From the NCBI GenBank assembly GCA_964641355.1, contig CAZXND010000002.1:1005-65004 (forward strand): a stretch of DNA of 64,000 nucleotides, in the 5' to 3' direction. The position numbers and the translations under genes were made by a program. The notes under the pieces are model-generated. The model was not told the DNA's origin. It saw only the letters and a program-made list of their open reading frames with translations, and did no database searches. Origin of the DNA: an uncultured Gammaproteobacteria bacterium (lineage in GTDB: Bacteria > Patescibacteriota > Microgenomatia > Levybacterales > GWA1-39-11). Positions 1 through 9,214 of the stretch are shown in pieces (within the stretch, counting starts at the first letter, position 1; each line of letters starts with the position of its first letter).

Positions 1-725
1 TCTATCGATTGTGGTTGAGCATCTAGGTTAGCTGCATCCTGATAGGAAAAAGTGCTTACCCATGGAACAAAAACCTGAGAATACGCAGACTCAACTCTCA
101 TCATCCTATCTGCAAGCTTCCTCATGTCGGACTCACTGAAACCTAACTCTGGGTGTTTTATGCTTTCATGTAAAACTCGAGATAAGACTTCAGGAAACGC
201 AAAATATCTATGTGGAACTTTTACAGGGACTCTGTTACCTGCTTCTATTACCCCTATAATATTTCTCGGACTTAATTCGGCACTTTCCTGTGTTGCGACA
301 GATCGAGCTGTAAAATCTTGAGCATCAACATGAAATCGGTTATTAAGCATTTTTTCAACCTCATCGTAATGAGTATTTACTTGAGTTAAGTGCTGTTTGA
401 AGTCTCCTGCTCCAAACATGATATCCTTCAAGATATTGCCAAATTGTTCATCATAGTAGAGAAGTGAGGCGTCATTTGGATTTTCCTCGAGTAGTATTCG
501 TTTTTGACGGTCTCCATATAAAAGAGGCATGACAAGGATTGGTTGCTCCATCCCAGCTGATGCAAACCTTTTGCTTACTTCTCTCCCAATCGCTGTAGCA
601 AGAATATATGGCTCATTTCCATGTCCTGGATTTAAAACGAGTATAGGCTTACCTTCGGTATGGGCAATGGCAGTCTCTTTACTTGAAGATAATTTCGGTG
701 CGATATCTTGACCTGCTTCAGACAT
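1..725 (-). CDS. Hypothetical protein, partial (runs off left edge); possibly GT-B glycosyltransferase-like
   Basis: Not in ORF track. Hand translation from ATG at 725 is open to base 1 (MSEAGQDIAPK...PILVLNPGHGNEPYILATAIGREV...). TGn-TATAAT lies 6 nt upstream of the ATG. The N-terminal beta-strand/GHG/helix weakly resembles GT-B enzymes. Confidence 0.7.
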   Translation of the reverse strand, partial: MSEAGQDIAPKLSSSKETAIAHTEGKPILVLNPGHGNEPYILATAIGREVSKRFASAGMEQPILVMPLLYGDRQKRILLEENPNDASLLYYDEQFGNILKDIMFGAGDFKQHLTQVNTHYDEVEKMLNNRFHVDAQDFTARSVATQESAELSPRNIIGVIEAGNRVPVKVPHRYFAFPEVLSRVLHESIKHPELGFSESDMRKLADRMMRVESAYSQVFVPWVSTFSYQDAANLDAQPQSI

Positions 726-1026
726 AATGCAATTATATCATCTGCTATATGTGCACTAAGCCCCAACTTTACTCCCACCTTGGTTACCATTGGGACTCCC
801 AAATATTTTTACACACCATCCCAACCATGTTGAATGGTTCAACAACAAGACCTTAATCTGTGTAATCATTACACAAAATTTAAGAAAGAAAAAAAGTAGC
901 AAAAAAAGAAAGAATAAATTTAGAAGGTCTTGTATAGGTCAATGATATTGTTTATCAGCTCGTTCGGATTTGGTATAGTTAGGGTCACAGTTGAATTCTG
1001 TGAACTTTAGTTTGTGGAATTCAGAA

Positions 1027-2055
1027 CTAAGACTTTCTACTCGACTTATTAACTCTAGCAGTATTTTCTACCAAAAATATTAGAATCCCCATATAGAGCA
1101 TTAGTTCTGCAAATTCTGAAAATTCTCCAAATGAATGTTTTCCAACTATTGTCGAGAAGTTATAGAGAAAAGCTGTAGCAAAATAAGGAAAAATAAAATA
1201 CGGAGGAATTAAAAGATAGGAAAATTTTGACTTGAAAAACCCACCGATCATCCACGCAAATGATCCATAAAATCCAATCAGTGTATAGGTATAAGGAATA
1301 AATCCACCAACGCTTTTTACATTGTGAAAGGTTATTTCTCCTTGTGAATTTTCACTTGAAATAATCACAGGTGTAGCAATTCCTAAAAGTCTTTGCCCCC
1401 AAGAAATTTCATCCCCAGCAACAAAAAATAGAGCAATTCCGACTGCTAAGAATAAAAGAGAGAAAGACTTTACTCTTCTTTTAAAAAGAGCATAAGACAA
1501 TATAAAAGATACAACAGAGGAAGAAATAAGTACAAAAAATTGAGTATTCTCAATAATATTATCTTCTGCTGATATTTTTTTAAAAACATCTGCCGGCCAC
1601 ATACTTATATGAATTGCAACAACAATAAGAAGAAATCCAGAAAGTAATATAAATTGTTTCCAATTCTTTTTTAGTACTTTTTCTCTAAGAGTTGTCAAAG
1701 CAATTAAGAATGAGAAAAGAACGATGTAAGATAAGCTGTCAAAATGAAAATTGGTGACGCTAAATGAATAATTTGGAAACAAAAAAGTATCAAGAACTCC
1801 CATGACAAGTACTACTAGCATTGATAATGGAAGTATTATGTAGTTATTTATTTTATGAATAACAGATGATAGATATATTTTCTTAAATTTGAAAAAGAGG
1901 AGCAATGCAAAAAATAGAAATGGAAGAGCGCGGGGGTCAAAATGCAAAATACTTACAATCGCATTCGTATTTTTATAAGAGCTGATAACAAGAGATGCAA
2001 GAATAAGTAAGTAAAACACATTCAAAAGTGAAGAAATATGATTTTTACTCAGCAT
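1027..2055 (-). CDS. Multi-pass membrane protein of unknown function
   Basis: 342-aa ORF with about 9 hydrophobic segments and polar motifs EDNIIEN, GDEISWGQR and QGEITFHN. Confidence 0.75.
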   Translation of the reverse strand: MLSKNHISSLLNVFYLLILASLVISSYKNTNAIVSILHFDPRALPFLFFALLLFFKFKKIYLSSVIHKINNYIILPLSMLVVLVMGVLDTFLFPNYSFSVTNFHFDSLSYIVLFSFLIALTTLREKVLKKNWKQFILLSGFLLIVVAIHISMWPADVFKKISAEDNIIENTQFFVLISSSVVSFILSYALFKRRVKSFSLLFLAVGIALFFVAGDEISWGQRLLGIATPVIISSENSQGEITFHNVKSVGGFIPYTYTLIGFYGSFAWMIGGFFKSKFSYLLIPPYFIFPYFATAFLYNFSTIVGKHSFGEFSEFAELMLYMGILIFLVENTARVNKSSRKS

Positions 2056-2099
2056 ATCTTTATCCTAGCACATTCGAAAGTCTCTGTTATAATTACAAG

Positions 2100-2720
2100 A
2101 TGAAAATTTATTTTATCAGGCATGGAGAAAGTGAATGGAATGCACGCGGACTCCATCAACATGAAGGGATACCCCTCTCAACAAAAGGTGAAGACCAAAC
2201 AGTGCAACTCGCTAAGAGGTTTTTAAAAATCCAGGTGGATCGAATTGTCGCAAGTCCATTTGAGCGCACCAAACAAACAGCTGAGGCTATTTCTTCACTT
2301 ATTAACAAACCAATTGACTATAATACTTTATTTCGCGAAGTAAAAAGACCTACATCTGTTATAGGCAAATCTTACACAGACTCTGAAGCACTTTCAATTC
2401 GAAATCTTATGAGTGAAAACTTTGAAGAAGAAGACTGGCATCACTCAGATGAAGAAAATTTCTTCGACTTTAAAAATCGTGGACTTGAAGCACTAAAGTT
2501 TCTCGAATCACTGAATGATAAGAACGTTTTGGTTGTAAGCCATTCAGAAATGATAAAAATGGTAATTGCATTAATGATGTTTGGAGATAAATTACTTCCA
2601 GTTGAATTCTTAAGTGTTGCAAATTTCTTTAGAACCAGCAACACCGGAATAACTGTTTGTGAGTATAAAAAAAGCAAGTGGGACATGTACACTTGGAACG
2701 ACCACGCCCACCTAGGATAA
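2100..2720 (+). CDS. Histidine phosphatase (phosphoglycerate mutase family)
   Basis: MKIYFIRHGES (RHG motif), ASPFERTKQTA, VLVVSH, WNDHAHL. Start moved to ATG 2100, which lies 6 nt after TGn-TATAAT. Confidence 0.9.
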   Translation: MKIYFIRHGESEWNARGLHQHEGIPLSTKGEDQTVQLAKRFLKIQVDRIVASPFERTKQTAEAISSLINKPIDYNTLFREVKRPTSVIGKSYTDSEALSIRNLMSENFEEEDWHHSDEENFFDFKNRGLEALKFLESLNDKNVLVVSHSEMIKMVIALMMFGDKLLPVEFLSVANFFRTSNTGITVCEYKKSKWDMYTWNDHAHLG

Positions 2721-2721
2721 A

Positions 2722-4206
2722 CTAAATTTTTCCAACCTCATCCAAGAGCTCATCTGACCAATTGACTAATTTACAGTCGGGAAGTAAGAGCGCTCGGTCC
2801 GGCCTTAACTCCTTTATAAAGTCCTCTGTGTGACTTACTATTAAAACTGCTCCAGTATATTTTTTAAGTGCTTCAAGTATGACTCTTTGTGAAAGTACAT
2901 CAAGATATGTTGTTGGCTCATCCAAAACCAAAAGATTGTGATTATTAAGAAGCAAAGTTGCAATCGCAAGGCGAGTCTTCTCTCCACCTGAAAGAGATCC
3001 TATTGTTTGAAAAACCTTTGTTCCACTGAATAAAAATGCTGCCAAAAATGGTCTTATTTTTTCTTGTGGCATTGCTCCAAGATTTGAAATAAGATCAATA
3101 AGAGTTTGGCTGAAATCAAAAGTTTCAAATTCTTGAGAATAATAACCAAGTGAAAGATTCGAGTCACGAATCACTTCTCCGTCATCAGGTTTGACTAAAT
3201 CCACAATTATTTTAATTAATGTGCTTTTTCCAGCACCATTTAAGCCAATTAACGCAATTTTCTCACCTCTTCTTATTGTAAAACTAAGATTTTCAAATAA
3301 CTTTTTCTCTCCGAAACTTTTTTTTATCCCTATTACTTTTATTGGCTCATCAGACAACTGCTTTGGGATTGGTAATGAAATCTTAATTCTTTTTGCTTCT
3401 TTCGGAAGAGGAGGTAGAGCATCTTTAATTCTTTGAATTCTTTTTTGAAGCTGAACCCTTTGTCTTACACCTTTTTCAGATTTTCTTCCCATAAGCCCGA
3501 CAAGGCTCTTTTCCATCTTTTTTACATGTTTTGTCTCATTTATTATTTGTCTTGTAAAGTGAGCATCACGTTCCTTTTTCAACTTAACATACTGAGTGTA
3601 ATTTCCTTTATATTCTTCAATCTTTTGACTTAGCGGATCAATAACCAAGACTTTATCAATCGACTTATCGAGAAGCTCTAAATCATGAGAAACTAAGACC
3701 AGAGTTTTTGGGTAGGTACTTAAAAATTCCATAACCCATTCTTTTCCTTTTGTATCTAAAAAGTTGGTTGGTTCATCAAGTAATAAAACGTCTGGTTCTG
3801 CGAGTAACGCCCTTGCAATTGCTAGCTTTGTCTTTTGCCCACCGCTTAAGTGATGAGGAGGTTCATACAATTCTATATTTGAGAGCTCAAGACCTCTCAA
3901 AATATCAAGCAATTCCTTGTCTTCCCTTTCATAATTTCTATCTAAGTATTCCCTTGCGGTTGAAGACTCTTCAAGAATTGGATCGCGCTTTACTTCTTGC
4001 GGAACAAGCAGAACACTTCCTTCAGTTATGATACTTCCCTCTTTTGGTAACTCTACTTTTGTCAAAAGATTAAACAAAGTACTTTTTCCGGCACCATTTG
4101 GGCCTGCAAGCCCAACCTTTTGTCCTTCACCAATCGTAAAACTCACCTCTTTAAAAATTGGACGCAAGTGATTAAAAGAAACATTTTTTACTTGAATCAT
4201 AATCAA
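2722..4206 (-). CDS. ABC-F family ATPase (two ABC domains, no membrane domain)
   Basis: Walker A motifs GPNGAGKST and GLNGAGKST; LSGGQ/LSGGE signatures; LLLDEPTN/LVLDEPTT; VSH. Confidence 0.92.
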   Translation of the reverse strand: MIMIQVKNVSFNHLRPIFKEVSFTIGEGQKVGLAGPNGAGKSTLFNLLTKVELPKEGSIITEGSVLLVPQEVKRDPILEESSTAREYLDRNYEREDKELLDILRGLELSNIELYEPPHHLSGGQKTKLAIARALLAEPDVLLLDEPTNFLDTKGKEWVMEFLSTYPKTLVLVSHDLELLDKSIDKVLVIDPLSQKIEEYKGNYTQYVKLKKERDAHFTRQIINETKHVKKMEKSLVGLMGRKSEKGVRQRVQLQKRIQRIKDALPPLPKEAKRIKISLPIPKQLSDEPIKVIGIKKSFGEKKLFENLSFTIRRGEKIALIGLNGAGKSTLIKIIVDLVKPDDGEVIRDSNLSLGYYSQEFETFDFSQTLIDLISNLGAMPQEKIRPFLAAFLFSGTKVFQTIGSLSGGEKTRLAIATLLLNNHNLLVLDEPTTYLDVLSQRVILEALKKYTGAVLIVSHTEDFIKELRPDRALLLPDCKLVNWSDELLDEVGKI

Positions 4207-4286
4207 CTATTATGGGACAAAATATGGACGAAGTCAAAGTTGCAAATTTTATAGATAACTTGATATAGTTTTTTTCGACTATCTTT

Positions 4287-5900
4287 TTACCTCTGAGTCT
4301 TTTTGCATTTTATAAAAATGACAACTAAGACAAATATTATTAAAAAAATAAAACTAATAAAATTTGATATTACACGGATTTTAGTGTCGACAAATACCAC
4401 AAGCACCCTATGATTCCCGGAGGGAATATTAAAAGTAATTAATCCTTTGTGATTTGGGTCTTGGAATTGAATTGGAACTTCATTTCCGTCAACATACACT
4501 CTCCACCCAGGAAAATAAATCGTATTATCAAGAATTATTGTTGAACTTTCCGAATTAAGATTAAACTCATGTCTATCGGATCTTACTCTTAGATTTTTAA
4601 TTCTCGCATCTCCACCAATCAATTCAATCTTACTAATCGCTCGCCTATTTGGATCTCCACCTGACCACATGGTTGTTGCTTCTCCATGATAAAAAGTAGT
4701 TCCGGGATAATCATAATAATATTTATCGGGGTAGCTTTTAAAATCTTTAACACGCACGTATTGGACTGAAAAAATAACAAAAAAAATAGTTAAAATTAAA
4801 AGAATTCTTTTATTCATTCTCTCTAAAACAAATGGTGACAGACAAGCAACAGCAAAGCTTGATATAGCAATAAATCTCCAGGGAAACTGAAACTTTTTTA
4901 GGAAGTCAGAAGCTTGCCAAATAAATATGGAGTAAGAACTTGATATATAAATTCCGAGAAGAAAAATTACTATCCAAAATACTATTTGGTTTTTTTCTTT
5001 AATTTTTACTTTCTTACTCAACAAGAAATAAAAAGCGAAAAGAACTATAAGAAATGCAACTGGACCAATTTGCGGAGACAATCCACCTAATTTATTTACT
5101 TCTGTACCGTACCCCCAAGAAGAATAAAAGAACTGATGCAACTTTGGAAATTCTTTTAAATACATGTCTCTATGAAAGAAGAGAAAACTTGTATATTTTG
5201 ATTCAACGAGTGAGGGAATCCAAAAAAGGGCTGACAACCCAAGGCCAAAAAGCATCGATAATAGCGAAAACTTAAATCCCTTCCACCCATTAATGACTCC
5301 ATAAAGAAAAATAATCGGAGAGAACATAAGACTAATTGCATTGTGAGACAAAATTATTAGAGAGTAAAAAAGACCTCCATATGCAATAAGTTTTACATTT
5401 CCCTTTTTAAGATATTTATCAAGACATAGGAATACTAAAGGTAAAAGGGAAAAGCTCAAAAACTCTCCAATTCCACTTCTAATGTAAAGAGTCAAAAATC
5501 TATATGGGAGAAGGCTATAAAAAATTGTTGAGTAAAGCGCAACTTCCTCCCCAAATTTTTCTTTAATCCAAATGTAAAAGATAATAACTCCCAAAATAGA
5601 AACTGTAAGGGCTAATAAGAAATAAGACGTCTCAATTGAAAAGCCCACTAAATGCAAAAGTCCAGAAATATAACCTGCAAGAGGATAATAGATAATAAAA
5701 AGTGGCGTACCATACCCAAAATTTAAATTTCCCGCCCATCGCGGTAAGAGCTGTCCTTCACTTATTACTTTCGCGTACTCAGCAATCCTTGCAAGGTGAG
5801 ATGTCTGATCGTGACTTTGATAATTTCCCAAAAAAAGAGGAAAAGAGAAGAATATTGATATAAAAGCGAGTATTAGTCCGTTTTTACTTAATCTAGACAT
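4287..5900 (-). CDS. GT-C-fold membrane protein (PTPS-related/YfhO-like)
   Basis: SHDQTSHLARI, PRW...GYGTPLFIIYYPL, QFPWRF, and a C-terminal YFPGWRVYVDG soluble domain. Confidence 0.8.
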   Translation of the reverse strand: MSRLSKNGLILAFISIFFSFPLFLGNYQSHDQTSHLARIAEYAKVISEGQLLPRWAGNLNFGYGTPLFIIYYPLAGYISGLLHLVGFSIETSYFLLALTVSILGVIIFYIWIKEKFGEEVALYSTIFYSLLPYRFLTLYIRSGIGEFLSFSLLPLVFLCLDKYLKKGNVKLIAYGGLFYSLIILSHNAISLMFSPIIFLYGVINGWKGFKFSLLSMLFGLGLSALFWIPSLVESKYTSFLFFHRDMYLKEFPKLHQFFYSSWGYGTEVNKLGGLSPQIGPVAFLIVLFAFYFLLSKKVKIKEKNQIVFWIVIFLLGIYISSSYSIFIWQASDFLKKFQFPWRFIAISSFAVACLSPFVLERMNKRILLILTIFFVIFSVQYVRVKDFKSYPDKYYYDYPGTTFYHGEATTMWSGGDPNRRAISKIELIGGDARIKNLRVRSDRHEFNLNSESSTIILDNTIYFPGWRVYVDGNEVPIQFQDPNHKGLITFNIPSGNHRVLVVFVDTKIRVISNFISFIFLIIFVLVVIFIKCKKTQR

Positions 5901-5934
5901 CTAATTTCAAAATATAATATTCTTCGCTTACAGA

Positions 5935-7590
5935 TTATTCAATATCCAAGTTTTTTTTAATTGCGTCATACAGATCCTTTGTTGATTGTGTAGGAAAGAG
6001 CTCAAATGACTTTTTTACGGCAAAAAGTGCTTCTTTTTTATCTCCAAGTTTATATTCTATTATTCCAAGAGTTGCCCAAAGACTTGGACTTTTTGGATTT
6101 TTTTTAAGTGCTTTTTTTATAAATGATTTTCCCAAGTCATACTTTTTTTGAAGTAAGTAATTTCTCGCCAAATTTTCATAAGCTGGTGGATAATTCCCTT
6201 CAAGAGATTTTTTATAATATTTCTCTGCTTTTTTATGATCTCCTCGATCATCATAATAAATTCCCAAGTTGTTCCATGCAATCCACCACTTCGGATTCAT
6301 TTTTAGAGCTTTTTCAAAACGAATTCTTGCCTCTTCCTTTTTTTCTAATTTAAATAATTCATCTCCTAAATTATTCTCAACTATATAGCTTTTGGCACTG
6401 GTAGAGTCGTGAGAAAAAAGAGCATAAGCATTTTTCCAATCCATATTTCTAACTATCACTCTTATTGAGAAAATAAAAAGCAAAAAAATAAGAATTAAAT
6501 ATGCAATTTTTTCTCTTTTTTTAGTCAATACCTTTTCTAATCCAACCCCTACGATTCCAAGCACTCCAACCATAGGGAAATAAGTCCAACGATTAGCAAC
6601 AGTCATATCAAGAGGAATAATGTGTAAATTCGGCAAAAACCCTATCACTAGCCATATTAAGAAAAAGATAAATACGCGCTTTAATTTAAGTTTTAAATAG
6701 AAAAAGAAAACAAAACAAAAAATCAACAAAATTAGAATAGCAGGTATAAAAAAATCTTCGATACTCGCACTCTTCACTATCCACTGTTGTGAAAACGATA
6801 AATCTATTGGGAGAACTATAGTTTTAAAGTAATAAAAAATTATCTTCGGAGTGTTGATAAGTCTTTCGCTTAAATCTAAATTCATTATAGGTGCATCTTC
6901 AATTTTTGATGTGAAAACGCTAACTATTGAAGATCTAAGCACTAAATAAATGAAGAGAACGGCCGTTTCCAAGAATAAAAGAGTCTTAAAGTATTCTTTT
7001 TTACAAAGGTACGAAAAAATCAAAATTATCGGAAAAAAAAGAACACCAGACTCCTTAGATAGAAGGGCAAAAAATAAGAGAAAAGAAAATGAAATTTTCT
7101 TAACTAAATCAAACTTGCTGTAAATAATTAATAAAAGAGCGCCTCCTCCAAAAAAGAAGAAAAGCACATCCTGATATGAAGAGATGCTTTGGACCGCCTC
7201 TTGGTTAATTGGGTGAAGTAAAAAAAATAAAGAGAGAAAAAACGAGATATTCTTACTAAAAAAGCGTTTAAAAATAAGAAAAACTACAAAAGCATTAGCA
7301 ACATGAATTAAAAGTTGAAACAGGTGAAAAAAGAAAGGATTTGGACCTGAAATAGAATACATCAAGTTAAAAGCTATCGGCATTAATGGCTTATAATATA
7401 TATTTGCTATGCCATTTCCGGAAGATTTGATTCCATAGGAAAACAATGTTGGAATGCTATTAATTGAGTGGACATATGGATTATTTAAAATCTGCTCTTT
7501 ATCATCCCCGATAAACTCATTAAACAATCCATTAAAGTAGACGACAAACGCCAATAAGACGATGATTCCTAAAATTTTAATCTTACTCAT
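5935..7590 (-). CDS. TMTC-like membrane glycosyltransferase with C-terminal TPR repeats
   Basis: N-terminal FIGDD acidic loop, YYKPL, LHPINQEAV, LSKESG, ANRWTYFP, RNMDWKN, then TPR helices (AWNNLG, AYENLA). Start ATG 7590 lies 6 nt after TATACT. Confidence 0.82.
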   Translation of the reverse strand: MSKIKILGIIVLLAFVVYFNGLFNEFIGDDKEQILNNPYVHSINSIPTLFSYGIKSSGNGIANIYYKPLMPIAFNLMYSISGPNPFFFHLFQLLIHVANAFVVFLIFKRFFSKNISFFLSLFFLLHPINQEAVQSISSYQDVLFFFFGGGALLLIIYSKFDLVKKISFSFLLFFALLSKESGVLFFPIILIFSYLCKKEYFKTLLFLETAVLFIYLVLRSSIVSVFTSKIEDAPIMNLDLSERLINTPKIIFYYFKTIVLPIDLSFSQQWIVKSASIEDFFIPAILILLIFCFVFFFYLKLKLKRVFIFFLIWLVIGFLPNLHIIPLDMTVANRWTYFPMVGVLGIVGVGLEKVLTKKREKIAYLILIFLLFIFSIRVIVRNMDWKNAYALFSHDSTSAKSYIVENNLGDELFKLEKKEEARIRFEKALKMNPKWWIAWNNLGIYYDDRGDHKKAEKYYKKSLEGNYPPAYENLARNYLLQKKYDLGKSFIKKALKKNPKSPSLWATLGIIEYKLGDKKEALFAVKKSFELFPTQSTKDLYDAIKKNLDIE

Positions 7591-7608
7591 ATTAAAAGTA
7601 TACAAAAT

Positions 7609-7637
7609 TTGACAAAAGCTAACCTTTTCTTTTTAAT
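7609..7637 (+). promoter_or_regulatory. Sigma70-type promoter, leaderless architecture
   Basis: TTGACA (7609-7614), 17-nt spacer, TTTAAT (7632-7637), 6 nt, ATG 7644. Confidence 0.6.
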
Positions 7638-7643
7638 AAATAT

Positions 7644-7976
7644 ATGGCGAAAAATCAAAGTTTAAAAAAGAAAGTCTTTACACGTGACTCAATCCTAATC
7701 GTATCCTTTATCTACGTTGTTCTTCTTGCTCTATATCTTATACTTGCAACTGGTCCTATTGTAGCCTTAAGTCTTAAGACTTATCTAACGGCAAAAGAGG
7801 TTACACCGTTATTTTGGCTAACACTATCCCCTTTCTTTATTTTTCCACTAGTTCTTTTTGTTTCGCTAATATTTATGCTCGTTTTTTACAAGAAAAAAAG
7901 AGTAAATTACTCACTAATAACGGCTTTGATTCCAATGATTAACCTCCTGATAATAGGTCTCATCTTGAATCTGTAA
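7644..7976 (+). CDS. Small membrane protein (3 predicted TM segments)
   Basis: 110-aa ORF filling the gap, with three hydrophobic stretches and a promoter directly upstream. Confidence 0.7.
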   Translation: MAKNQSLKKKVFTRDSILIVSFIYVVLLALYLILATGPIVALSLKTYLTAKEVTPLFWLTLSPFFIFPLVLFVSLIFMLVFYKKKRVNYSLITALIPMINLLIIGLILNL

Positions 7977-7987
7977 AGTATTTTCAC

Positions 7988-8488
7988 TTATAAACCGCAT
8001 GCTCTCCATAATCCAAGGTTATTTTCTCTTGCATAATTCTCAGCATCTTTGAAAAGATTTTGATATTTTATGTCTGGAGGAAAGGATGCAGCCTTTGCGT
8101 ATCCATTTCTTACTAAATACTGATTTACAAATATTTCTCCCACCCAAACGTAACGAAGAAGTCTCCCATACCTATCCGTTTCAGACACATCCTTTTCAAG
8201 TCTCACCTCTTTTCCTTCTACAAGTTCTTTATTTTTATCTGATGCGATATCTCCAAAACAGCCAACAGGCTTTCTAGGATCCTTAGTCTCAGGCGTGTCA
8301 ATTCCTATATATCTTAATTTTTGTCCATCAGAAAGAAGAATAGTATCTCCATCTATTACCTTCTCAACAATTGCACTTGTAGAGCTTACTCCTTTTATCT
8401 CCTCTTTTGGTTTGGCTAAATAAGTAGTAAGAAGAAAAAATAAAAAAACTACCGAATATAAAACTAATTTAACAACAGGTTTTCTCAC
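7988..8488 (-). CDS. Thermonuclease (SNase) family protein with N-terminal membrane anchor
   Basis: VIDGDTI, RYIGIDTPE, DRYGRLLRYV, GLW; hydrophobic N-terminus. Confidence 0.93.
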   Translation of the reverse strand: MRKPVVKLVLYSVVFLFFLLTTYLAKPKEEIKGVSSTSAIVEKVIDGDTILLSDGQKLRYIGIDTPETKDPRKPVGCFGDIASDKNKELVEGKEVRLEKDVSETDRYGRLLRYVWVGEIFVNQYLVRNGYAKAASFPPDIKYQNLFKDAENYARENNLGLWRACGL

Positions 8489-8490
8489 TG

Positions 8491-8838
8491 TTAAAAAGTA
8501 ATATTTTGAATATGGTCTATTTTAAATTCATCTCCTAACGCATAAATCTCAAGAGCGTCGAAGCGAATATTTTGACTGGATTTATTAAGCATGTAAAATT
8601 GTGAAGTTTTAATCATTTTTGATAACTTACTTCTAGTGATTGCTTCAAGAGGAGTGCCAAATTTGTCCCCTCCTCGAAGTTTTACTTCAACAAATACTGT
8701 TGTGTCGTTGTCTTTTGCAATGAGATCTATTTCACCAAAGCGTGAATGGTAGTTTTTTTCAAGAATTTGATAACCGTGGGCACGGAGGAATTTTTCAGCT
8801 TGCTCTTCACCGATTCTCCCTAGAGATAGGCGGTTCAC
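8491..8838 (-). CDS. yraN: YraN family putative endonuclease (UPF0102)
   Basis: GRIGEEQA, NYHSRFGEIDLIA, VFVEVKLR, RFD. Confidence 0.92.
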   Translation of the reverse strand: MNRLSLGRIGEEQAEKFLRAHGYQILEKNYHSRFGEIDLIAKDNDTTVFVEVKLRGGDKFGTPLEAITRSKLSKMIKTSQFYMLNKSSQNIRFDALEIYALGDEFKIDHIQNITF

Positions 8839-8899
8839 AAGAACATATTAGAAAATTAGAATATAAAAGTCAAAGACTAAATTAAGAGGATTCAATCAA

Positions 8900-9175
8900 C
8901 TACTTCACAAACCTTTTGAGGACTGCTTTGTGTACTACCTTTTTAGGATTTGCGACAACTTCAATTCTTAAAAGATTTGGCATGGAAAGAGGAACAATTC
9001 TATCTACCTCTACTCCATCCAAAACCTGTCTAACGGTAAAAGATCGATTTATTCCTTTTCCACGAACTTTCATGACTTGTCCTGAAAAAGCCACTGTTCT
9101 TTCCTTTTTACCTTCGCCTTCTGAAACCTTTTCAAAAAGCTTTATTTTGTCTCCGACCTTGAAATTTTGATCCAT
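8900..9175 (-). CDS. rplS: 50S ribosomal protein L19 (short, divergent)
   Basis: FKVGD, EGEGKKER, FSG, RGKGINRSFTVRQ..DGVEVDRIVPL. Confidence 0.85.
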   Translation of the reverse strand: MDQNFKVGDKIKLFEKVSEGEGKKERTVAFSGQVMKVRGKGINRSFTVRQVLDGVEVDRIVPLSMPNLLRIEVVANPKKVVHKAVLKRFVK

Positions 9176-9214
9176 AATTTAAGAATTATACAGTTTTGGC
9201 CTCAGCTTTTCAAG

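Noticed and set aside
756-940. Small minus-strand hydrophobic ORF in the first intergenic gap
   Set aside because: No convincing start or RBS; the hydrophobicity comes from a low-complexity T-rich tract.
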